Assembly: GCF_002214165.1 (NCBI RefSeq)
Contig: NZ_CP019964.1
Span: 150,001 to 182,000, forward strand
Source of the DNA: Candidatus Saccharimonadota bacterium
GTDB taxonomy: Archaea > Micrarchaeota > Micrarchaeia > Micrarchaeales > Micrarchaeaceae
DNA: 32,000 bases
Direction: 5' to 3'
Below the pieces are notes generated by a model. The model saw only the letters and a program-made list of their open reading frames with translations, was not told the DNA's origin and ran no database searches. Shown here piece after piece: positions 14,057 to 21,208 of this stretch; position 1 is the stretch's first letter, and each line of letters starts with the position of its first letter. The position numbers and the translations under genes were made by a program.

Positions 14057-15397
14057 ATGAAGCAACAATTAAACGATAATCTACTGTCCGCTTACAATCC
14101 TTGGTGGAGCAGTAAATACCGGAATGCCAAAAAAACCAAATACCTCGCTTATTACAGCAAATTGTACAAGCTCCCTGAGCTCAAAAACGGCCAAAAGCTG
14201 ATAATAACAAATACAGATTATAACGAATCTATTATAAAGCAAATTCTATATGGGTATGTAAACCGCAGAAGATCTAAGAGAAATATGGTGTATGTGCCTT
14301 TTGAAAATTTGGGGGATTCTGACGTAATAAGTATATTCAGGGAGATAAAGAAAAGCCCTAGCAAGCTGGATGTATTTGTAAGCGGGATAGACCCATATCT
14401 GAAATTTTCCTTAGATAAAGGAAAACTACTATTCAGCACAATAAACAACTCCAAAAGCATAAAGAAACTATTTATATCAACAAGGTTCCTGCCGTCAAGC
14501 ACAAGCAACAGGCATATTACAAAGCTTTCAACAGGAGCAAAGCACTATACTATAAGCCCTATCACTTTCAGAGACTATATATTGAAATTCGGCAAGCACG
14601 ATATTAAAGGTTATTTAGCATCTCTTCCAATTATAGCAAAATCCAACCCTAAATATATGGAGAAAATATACTTGCAGGCTTGTGCAATAAGGGATTCAGG
14701 CAACGAGAGCTTTTTTAAGGACCTGTTCTCGTCATATTCAAGATCCGGCGGATTTATAAGCTCGATAGTGGATTACAAGAACAAAGAGGATCTATATGAT
14801 GCAGTCTATAATTACCGAAAATCATTGATGCAAGAATTCGAAAGCCTTAAAGTCCCTGCTTATGATCTAGAGAAACTACTTTTTGCCATAACAAATTCCT
14901 GCGGCAGCATATATACTTTTGATTCAATGGAATCTGATACTAAGCTGCCAAAGAGGTTGGTGATGTACTATTATAAACTGCTATTAGATCTTGGCATAAT
15001 AAAGCCTGTATTAAAATTTGACATCAAAAATAACAGTCCAACAAAATTAGTAAGAAAAACATATCTGTCCGATCCAATAACCTATATTGCGTTTTCTGAT
15101 TTTTACAATAACTATAACAGGACCGAGATCCTGATGCAGGGCCCATTAATCGAAAACATTGTAGGGGTTGAGCTGATGCGAAGGTTTGGTCAAGTATACA
15201 CTTTGAAGGAGGGGGTAGAGGTAGATTTCTTCCTGCCTAGCATGGATTTAGGTATAGAGGTCAAAAGCGGCAGCGCAAAGTATAACTCTTACCATATGGA
15301 TTTCCCAAGGAATCGGGTAGTATTCAATTCAAACAGGTTAAAGAAAGAAAATGGGTTGTTCGAGATACCTTACTACCTATTCTTGGCACTGATGTAA
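14057..15397 (+). CDS. COG1373-like (AAA_14 + DUF4143) protein with degenerate Walker A and B motifs
   Basis: Family-typical N-terminal NPWW. C-terminal DUF4143-like block: GPLIENIVGVELMRRFGQVYTLKEGVEVDFFLPSMDLGIEVKSG. Where the P-loop G-x-R-x-x-GKT is expected the sequence is LIITNTDYNESII. Where Walker B (hhhhDE) is expected it is VFVSGID. The gene starts 4 nt after the dnaJ stop. Confidence 0.6.
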   Translation: MKQQLNDNLLSAYNPWWSSKYRNAKKTKYLAYYSKLYKLPELKNGQKLIITNTDYNESIIKQILYGYVNRRRSKRNMVYVPFENLGDSDVISIFREIKKSPSKLDVFVSGIDPYLKFSLDKGKLLFSTINNSKSIKKLFISTRFLPSSTSNRHITKLSTGAKHYTISPITFRDYILKFGKHDIKGYLASLPIIAKSNPKYMEKIYLQACAIRDSGNESFFKDLFSSYSRSGGFISSIVDYKNKEDLYDAVYNYRKSLMQEFESLKVPAYDLEKLLFAITNSCGSIYTFDSMESDTKLPKRLVMYYYKLLLDLGIIKPVLKFDIKNNSPTKLVRKTYLSDPITYIAFSDFYNNYNRTEILMQGPLIENIVGVELMRRFGQVYTLKEGVEVDFFLPSMDLGIEVKSGSAKYNSYHMDFPRNRVVFNSNRLKKENGLFEIPYYLFLALM

Positions 15398-15419
15398 AAG
15401 GAATAAGCAAAAATCAAAA

Positions 15420-15911
15420 TCAAGCAGTACCAAGTTTTATAGCAGGGAATCCATGCTCTTTTCCAACCTGGTTGAATATGTCAACCGATTCTCTCGCAAG
15501 CGCTATATCAGGATCGACATCAAACGCTATTGCCATGTTTATTATCTTGTCCATTGTTGCCTCTTGACCGCTTGTCAATATAAATAATATTGATATGACG
15601 TATACAAGATGGTTCTTGAACTTTATGCTTGCAATGCCATTTAGGATATCCCTGTTTACTGGGACTCCAATTGCATTGAAAAGGCGCTCTATATTATTTC
15701 TGTTTATGTCCTTTCCTGTTATATCAAGTACCCCTGCAGCTACAAAGTAAGGGAGTACATTGCCTGCAAGGTTTGCCGGTATATAACTGTTTATTTCTGC
15801 TAACCCTCTTTTAACCTGCGCAGTTAGCAAAAAAGAAATGAGATCCCTGGTGAACCCTATGTCATCATTCAGTATTTGCATTAAGCTTTTTCCTTCTTCC
15901 ATAAAAACCAT
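15420..15911 (-). CDS. Small protein of unknown function; possible tandem repeat of a ribosomal stalk P1/aL12 N-terminal-domain-like fold
   Basis: Two ~45-aa segments, YFVAAGVLDITGKDINRNNIERLFNAIGVPVNRDILNGIASI and YVISILFILTSGQEATMDKIINMAIAFDVDPDIALARESVDIF. Both resemble my recollection of the archaeal P1 NTD (Y.YAALLLh..GKEI.EENl.aVL.AAGVE..EARvKALVAAL). No acidic tail. ATG 15911 overlaps the upstream stop (TGATG); the track starts at TTG 15914. Confidence 0.5.
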   Translation of the reverse strand: MVFMEEGKSLMQILNDDIGFTRDLISFLLTAQVKRGLAEINSYIPANLAGNVLPYFVAAGVLDITGKDINRNNIERLFNAIGVPVNRDILNGIASIKFKNHLVYVISILFILTSGQEATMDKIINMAIAFDVDPDIALARESVDIFNQVGKEHGFPAIKLGTA

Positions 15912-16648
15912 CAATTTGACAATACATCAAAGCCTGAATCTGTTATCTGGTATGGCAAGCTTGATAATTTATGTGCCGAATTCCTAAGCTTAGTTACTTC
16001 TATCGAATACTGTGTAGCACCTTCACTGCGATTCATGCTAAGCACCATTATTCCATCAAACATTGATGTGCTGTAAAGCCCTATGCTTAAAGGATCGCTG
16101 TTGCTAACATTCTGATTAACCTCATATGTCAGTATTGAGGTCACTCCAATATCCCTCAAAGCTTCGGTCATATAGGTTATTGCTCTTGTAAATGTCCTAT
16201 CGTCTTCCATGATAGGCCTTAAGCTGCTTATAGAATCAAAAATCACTAATTTTGATTTATTGGTCTGTATATCTGATACACAATCGCTTATGAATTTTTC
16301 AAAGTTCTCCCTGCTCTTGAATGCATCTATTAATGGTCTGTGGCTTATTTGTATCATGTTGCTGCTTATATAATCTTCATAATCGTCGAAAGAATAAAAG
16401 GCATTTTTTATATTATTAACCAATGCTCCCTTCCTTTCTTCATTGGTAATGAAGGTGGACGGAATTTCAAGCTTTGCATTATGGTATAATATTTCGAGCG
16501 AAAGAAGCGTTTTTCCCGCTCCCGGAGACCCCAAGAAAAGAATCTGCGATCCCTCCGGAATTCCTCCTCCAACCATATTGTCCAACCCCTTAACCCCTGT
16601 TTTTATTCTATTTACTACTCCACTATCTATATTCACACCAATTTTCAA
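15911..16648 (-). CDS. KaiC-like / RecA-superfamily single-domain ATPase (paralog B)
   Basis: TGVKGLDNMVGGGIPEGSQILFLGSPGAGKTLLSLEILYHNAK (Walker A), paired glutamates TNEER, Walker B LVIFDSIS. The start is TTG 16648 in a TTGA overlap with the upstream stop; GTG 16636 is an alternative. Confidence 0.85.
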   Translation of the reverse strand: MKIGVNIDSGVVNRIKTGVKGLDNMVGGGIPEGSQILFLGSPGAGKTLLSLEILYHNAKLEIPSTFITNEERKGALVNNIKNAFYSFDDYEDYISSNMIQISHRPLIDAFKSRENFEKFISDCVSDIQTNKSKLVIFDSISSLRPIMEDDRTFTRAITYMTEALRDIGVTSILTYEVNQNVSNSDPLSIGLYSTSMFDGIMVLSMNRSEGATQYSIEVTKLRNSAHKLSSLPYQITDSGFDVLSN

Positions 16649-17376
16649 TCCTTTATCTGAGGCAATGACAAGACTGCTATACCATCACCTTTTATCTCAT
16701 AAGGATACGTTCTGAAACTATGGTCCGTGCCCCTCATCTTGATAACCTCCAATATTGGGACTCTATTGTTGCTCCCACCCTCCAGATAAAGCGAGATTAT
16801 ACCATCATACATGAAGAATTCTGGTTTGAACTGTATATCCTCTCTTGTTGCGGTGTTCAATTCTATTGTCATTAAGGATGTTATATTCTGTGAGCGCAAT
16901 CCATTAATAAGGTCCATAGTCAGCTGCCTATACGTCAGCTTGTCCTTTATCATGAGCTTGATTACCGTTATAGAATCAACTACCAAATTGCTTGCTTTGT
17001 ACGAACTGGCAATAGAGCTTATTCCCGATACCAATTCATTGAAAGAATAACTTCCGCCATCGGTATCTCTCTGTACATACTGTCCCGTTTTTTCAGATCC
17101 ATAAATAATTAGCTTGTTCTGGCTTATCAAGTCGTCTATGTCTTTAAACTCCGGAAAAGCGGCTTTTGCATTCTCTACTATCATGTCAGAGGTTTCTTCC
17201 AGCGAGAACATCAGACTTACTTCTCCGGCTTTTGCATTATGGTAAAGGTACTCAAATGAAAAAAGAGTTTTACCTGCCCCTGGCCCTCCTGCCAATGCAA
17301 CCTGGTTGCCCTGTGGTATACCACCCCCTACAATATCATCAAAATTTTTTATTCCTGTTTTAGTCCTTTCTCTCAT
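16645..17376 (-). CDS. KaiC-like / RecA-superfamily single-domain ATPase (paralog A)
   Basis: TGIKNFDDIVGGGIPQGNQVALAGGPGAGKTLFSFEYLYHNAK (Walker A), FSLEETS paired glutamates, Walker B LVVDSITV, and ILEVIKMRGTDHS near the C-terminus. Confidence 0.85.
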   Translation of the reverse strand: MRERTKTGIKNFDDIVGGGIPQGNQVALAGGPGAGKTLFSFEYLYHNAKAGEVSLMFSLEETSDMIVENAKAAFPEFKDIDDLISQNKLIIYGSEKTGQYVQRDTDGGSYSFNELVSGISSIASSYKASNLVVDSITVIKLMIKDKLTYRQLTMDLINGLRSQNITSLMTIELNTATREDIQFKPEFFMYDGIISLYLEGGSNNRVPILEVIKMRGTDHSFRTYPYEIKGDGIAVLSLPQIKD

Positions 17377-17523
17377 CGGAATCTATATTATTATCCCATT
17401 CAATATATTTAAATTATTCCTCGACCGTTGCATTAAATTCAAAGTCCTATAAATTTTCCAATAATATAAGAGTATTAATAGATATGATATAAAAAATATC
17501 TAAAGCTTGAAATAGGGGTTTCC

Positions 17524-18699
17524 ATGGATCTAGATAGTTCTTTTAAGTTTCTTGAGTATTCAAGAGCCAGCAGAAGCGCTGGAATAATATTCATGGTGCT
17601 TGCCTTTCCTTTATACTTAAAACTGCTCAACTTAAAACTTGTAACTATAGGGATAATAATTGCGGCTATAATGCTTGTCACGGTTATTGAAACGCTGGCA
17701 CTTGGAATGTTTGGGGACAGATATGGCTATAAATACAGCTTGCTGATAGCCGAATTGCTACCTGTAATAGGAGCATTCCTTCTGTTCTATTCAAGCAGCT
17801 TGGATATTATAATAATCGCCATGGTGATAACAGGATTAAGCGGCGGTGCTGGTGGAATGAGGGGATTATTTTCACCAGGCCTAACCGCATTGATAGCAAG
17901 CAACTATGAAAACGAATCTATAAGAGTCAAGAAATTAGGAATCCTTACAATGCTCACATCACTTTTTTCCATCCTTGGATCATTTATGCTTGCTTCGGAA
18001 TCGTTTATATCAAGATACGTCGGCACATTGATGGCTTACAGGTACCTTTTCCTTTTCGCAGACTTGCTGCTTCTAATATCCTTCATAAGCATAATATTTG
18101 TCAAGGAAATCAAGAGGCCTAAGAAGACATCAAAGATAATGAAGAAGGAGAGCTTCAAATACATATCAAAAATAATGGTGATCAATATAGTCTCTGGAGT
18201 CGGAACAGGGATTTCCGTGCCCCTGCTTCCTTTATGGATAGAACTGATGTATAGCACGGGTGCCACAACTGTAGGTATAATATTCGGAATCTCATATATT
18301 ACAACCGCACTTGGTTCTTATCTCGCATCAAAATCCTTTGGCCGCTTCAATGTTCTCAATGTCTCTTCAATTACCAGGACAGCAAGCGGCATCATTCTGA
18401 TAGCGATGGCTCTGTCACCTACTGTAATAATAGCCGGGTTTATGTATATATTGAGGTCGATATTTGCAGGCTTTGGAAGCCCTAACAGGTCTGCCCTAAA
18501 TGTGCGTGGCATAGACAAAGAGGATTACGGTTCAGCTACCAGCTTCAACGGGGTATCAAGCAGGATGTCCCAGTTGAGTTCTGGGTTAAGCGGGTACCTT
18601 ATGGATATATCACTGCCAATACCTTTGATAATAGGGGGCATATTTCAAGGCGCAAGCGGCATACTATACAAGATATTTATAAAAGAAAAGAAGAAATGA
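17524..18699 (+). CDS. Major facilitator superfamily (MFS) transporter
   Basis: 391-aa polytopic membrane protein with about 10-12 hydrophobic helices, an MFS-like loop motif GMFGDRYGYKYS after TM2, and a basic central loop (KEIKRPKKTSKIMKKE). Confidence 0.7.
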   Translation: MDLDSSFKFLEYSRASRSAGIIFMVLAFPLYLKLLNLKLVTIGIIIAAIMLVTVIETLALGMFGDRYGYKYSLLIAELLPVIGAFLLFYSSSLDIIIIAMVITGLSGGAGGMRGLFSPGLTALIASNYENESIRVKKLGILTMLTSLFSILGSFMLASESFISRYVGTLMAYRYLFLFADLLLLISFISIIFVKEIKRPKKTSKIMKKESFKYISKIMVINIVSGVGTGISVPLLPLWIELMYSTGATTVGIIFGISYITTALGSYLASKSFGRFNVLNVSSITRTASGIILIAMALSPTVIIAGFMYILRSIFAGFGSPNRSALNVRGIDKEDYGSATSFNGVSSRMSQLSSGLSGYLMDISLPIPLIIGGIFQGASGILYKIFIKEKKK

Positions 18700-18766
18700 T
18701 TTCCATAATATAGATCTGAGAGCCGAATTCTAACAACCAACATTATAAAGTGTATAAAAATTAGAC

Positions 18767-18838
18767 AGCCTCAGACGGGAATCGCACCCGCGGCCTTCTG
18801 CTTACCATGCAGACGCTCTACTACTGAGCTACTGAGGC
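18767..18838 (-). tRNA. tRNA-Thr (anticodon GGU), no encoded CCA, non-canonical D- and T-loops
   Basis: Minus strand folds as GCCTCAG TA GCTC AGTAGTA GAGC G TCTGC ATGGTAA GCAGA AGGCC GCGGG TGCGATT CCCGT CTGAGGC T. This is a full cloverleaf with a 7-bp acceptor stem. The D-loop lacks the GG dinucleotide and the T-loop has G at position 55. Confidence 0.75.
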
Positions 18839-18846
18839 AGACAAAA

Positions 18847-19230
18847 TCATATTATTATGGAGTTCAAGTTCCTTCCTATCTTTAGTGCATTCGTCATTGT
18901 TATGGTGTAATGCTTATCTGTTTCATTCATCTCTTCTGGCTTTATGAAGTACCATCCTTTAATGTTCATCCTCCAAGCTATAAATGTATTCATTCCCGTG
19001 TTGCTTTCCCAATCCATGAGGCTTTTGTACCTATCCTTGTCTATAGACAGGCTCGATCTATCCCAGGCTTTGCACTCGAATGCAAACCCTTTCTTATTCT
19101 TTATAACAATTATGTCAGGGCTAAGCGAGTTAACTCCGCTTCCTGCGGACCGTATCACGGAATAATTAAGCTTGTAGAAGAAATTTATCAACTCCCTCTC
19201 ACTCCTAGCTCCTTTTACATATCTGTGCAA
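18847..19230 (-). CDS. hjc: Holliday junction resolvase Hjc
   Basis: KGARSERELINFFYKLNYSVIRSAGSG...SPDIIVIKNKKGFAFECKAW matches the archaeal Hjc catalytic pattern (E...D...E-x-K). Confidence 0.9.
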   Translation of the reverse strand: MHRYVKGARSERELINFFYKLNYSVIRSAGSGVNSLSPDIIVIKNKKGFAFECKAWDRSSLSIDKDRYKSLMDWESNTGMNTFIAWRMNIKGWYFIKPEEMNETDKHYTITMTNALKIGRNLNSIII

Positions 19231-19341
19231 GCAACCACTCTTCTAAAAGCCAATAAATAATTGAGCAGCTAAAGTTATAAATTTATTCCTAACCTGCTGA
19301 TTTATAACACGACAATTAAAATGAGCATTATAATCTAAAGA

Positions 19342-20901
19342 TTAGAAAAGCCTCTTTTGGCCCGCCTTTGCCGCAGCCGGCTTTGGCATTCTCTCCAGGC
19401 TTTTCTTTATCCTAAGTATCATATCATACATCTTTTTCTCCCTGAAACTTGAAACCATGAAATATGTTTCATCTTTTGTATCCTTTGTTATCAGCACGTA
19501 TATGTTTCCAACATTGAATCTTCCTGTCCTGCCCTTCCTTTGTATGCTCCTTATAGAGCTAGTTATTGGCTCGTAGAATATCACCGTATCCACGCTAGGT
19601 ATATCAAGGCCTTCTTCTCCAATAGAAGTAGCTACAAGAATGTTGAACTTCCCATCCCTGAAGTCCTTTATAACTTGCATCTGCTGATCCTGTGTCACTC
19701 CTTCCTTTTTCCCTACAAAGGCCATCGCTTTTAAGCCTGCATTGTTCAAAACTTCAACTATCTTTGATATTGTATAGCGGTACTGCGCAAAGATAATTAT
19801 CTTGTTGTCTATGTGATTTTCAGTTATAAGCTGCACAAGAGCTTTCATCTTCGGGTGCTCCTCCCCGTTTTTGAGTGCTGTTTCTGCTATGCCAACCGCT
19901 TTCAAAAATACATGGTTTTTGAGCATGCTTTGCACGCTCCGATTCTTCTTCTCTTTATTTCTTATCGAATCTATATAAGACATGAATGGCTGAATGCCTT
20001 CTGTGGTTACCAAGTCGTAAGCATGGAGCAGGTCAAGTACGTATATATAGTGGAATATTGCTATGAATTTGTAATTGCTTCCCTTAAGCTGGTCTATGTT
20101 TTTACCGATGTCCAAAATCCTCATTTTTGAGATAGACTCCAGCTTCTTGAACGGGCACAAGCCTATATGGAACAAAGCATAAAGGTGCTCTTCAATTAGT
20201 CCTTTTAGCAAAGAAGAAATCCTTTCTACGGTTTCCCCTTTCTCAACCAATATCTTTGTCACATTTTTTTCTTTTACGTAAGGTGCCACGTCAGGATCTT
20301 CTGGAGTTCTAACTTCTATATTGTCTATTGCAAGGGTGTCAATCAGTTCCATAATCTTGTCCCTACTATTCCCAGGTGATGCTGTAAGCCCCAATATTTT
20401 AATGTTCTTTTCCTTGCATTTATCTGCCACATAGGTATATGCATACCTGCCTACTGCCCTATGAACTTCATCAAATATAGCAATCCCAAATTGGTCAAGG
20501 TCAAGGTTTGAGGATTTCAGGTCATTTGCAACTGTCTGTGGGGTTGCTATTATAATCCTTGCCCTCTCCTCAAGTACCTTTCTCTTTGCGATTGGCAGTT
20601 TTCCAGTCAAAAGAAGTATATCATCCTCATTTATATTTAGAAGTGAGCGCAGAGAATTAAAGTGCTGTTCGCTAAGAGGCTTTGTAGGGGCAAGCATCAA
20701 TGCCTTTTTGCCATCATATAGGGTGCACGCAATTGAAAATACCGCTATCAAAGTTTTTCCAAGCCCTGTAGGAAGCACGACCAACGTGTTGCCTCCATTG
20801 ATTATGCTCCTGATTATGTTTATCTGGTAAGCCCTAGCCTCAATGCCCTTTGATTTGACAAGCTCAGAGCATTGGCCTATAAACGAAAAGTCATTTTCCA
20901 T
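19342..20901 (-). CDS. hef: Hef/FANCM/Mph1-type SF2 helicase, helicase portion only (no ERCC4 nuclease domain)
   Basis: ARAYQINIIRSI...LVVLPTGLGKTLIA (motif I), IFDEVHRAVG (motif II, DEVH), LGLTASPG (motif III), and the C-terminal lobe VATSIGEEGLDIPSVDTVIFYEP...QRKGRTGR (motifs V and VI). The ORF ends at 519 aa, soon after motif VI. Confidence 0.85.
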   Translation of the reverse strand: MENDFSFIGQCSELVKSKGIEARAYQINIIRSIINGGNTLVVLPTGLGKTLIAVFSIACTLYDGKKALMLAPTKPLSEQHFNSLRSLLNINEDDILLLTGKLPIAKRKVLEERARIIIATPQTVANDLKSSNLDLDQFGIAIFDEVHRAVGRYAYTYVADKCKEKNIKILGLTASPGNSRDKIMELIDTLAIDNIEVRTPEDPDVAPYVKEKNVTKILVEKGETVERISSLLKGLIEEHLYALFHIGLCPFKKLESISKMRILDIGKNIDQLKGSNYKFIAIFHYIYVLDLLHAYDLVTTEGIQPFMSYIDSIRNKEKKNRSVQSMLKNHVFLKAVGIAETALKNGEEHPKMKALVQLITENHIDNKIIIFAQYRYTISKIVEVLNNAGLKAMAFVGKKEGVTQDQQMQVIKDFRDGKFNILVATSIGEEGLDIPSVDTVIFYEPITSSIRSIQRKGRTGRFNVGNIYVLITKDTKDETYFMVSSFREKKMYDMILRIKKSLERMPKPAAAKAGQKRLF

Positions 20902-21064
20902 ATATATACCATTGCAAATTATAATTTATATTAGTAATGCATAAAGGGCAAAGAAGTGCTTTACCAGTAAGGGAAAGATACAAAGGTATATATACTTTTT
21001 TTGCATATCCCTCTTTATATTACTCGTAGATTAAGTAATAACTGATTAAATCTTATGAAAACTT

Positions 21065-21151
21065 GCTGCTGTAGCTCAGTGGGAGAGCGTCCGGCTGAAG
21101 TAACTCATTTCAGATACCGGAACGTCGCAGGTTCAAATCCTGCCAGCGGCA
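21065..21151 (+). tRNA. tRNA-Phe (anticodon GAA) with a 15-nt intron at the canonical 37/38 position
   Basis: GCTGCTG TA GCTC AGTGGGA GAGC G TCCGG CTGAAG[TAACTCATTTCAGAT]A CCGGA ACGTC GCAGG TTCAAAT CCTGC CAGCGGC A. The exon-intron junctions fold into 3-nt bulge / 4-bp helix / 3-nt bulge. Confidence 0.9.
21101..21115 (+). other. tRNA-Phe intron (bulge-helix-bulge substrate)
   Basis: C32-U33-G34-A35 pair with U21110-C-A-G21113. The 3-nt bulges AGU (21099-21101) and AUA (21114-21116) each carry a splice site after their second nucleotide. The intron stem is 2 bp plus a tetraloop. Confidence 0.75.
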
Positions 21152-21208
21152 CTTCGCTTTTTAATGGAAAAATATATGGATAACTGAAGCCCAAGCATTT
21201 CAGGATAA

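Noticed and set aside
17377-17523. Short inverted repeat AGATAT-N10-ATATCT in the KaiC/MFS divergent intergenic region
   Set aside because: Six-bp AT-only arms in a very AT-rich spacer are expected by chance and are not comparable to the 9-bp palindrome at hsp20.
17475-17681. 68-aa minus-strand ORF overlapping the MFS gene start
   Set aside because: It is antisense to the first TM helices of the MFS transporter and mirrors their hydrophobicity. It is a shadow ORF.
19345-19362. PIP-box-like C-terminus of Hef (GQKRLF)
   Set aside because: Only Q-x-x-L-F is present, without the usual second aromatic pair. It is too short to call from sequence alone.
18700-21208. Possible integrated element or att sites at the two tRNA genes
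   Set aside because: No integrase, transposase or phage-like genes flank either tRNA. I saw no duplicated tRNA 3' segment elsewhere in the window. The neighbours are core genes (hjc, hef, cytochrome b).
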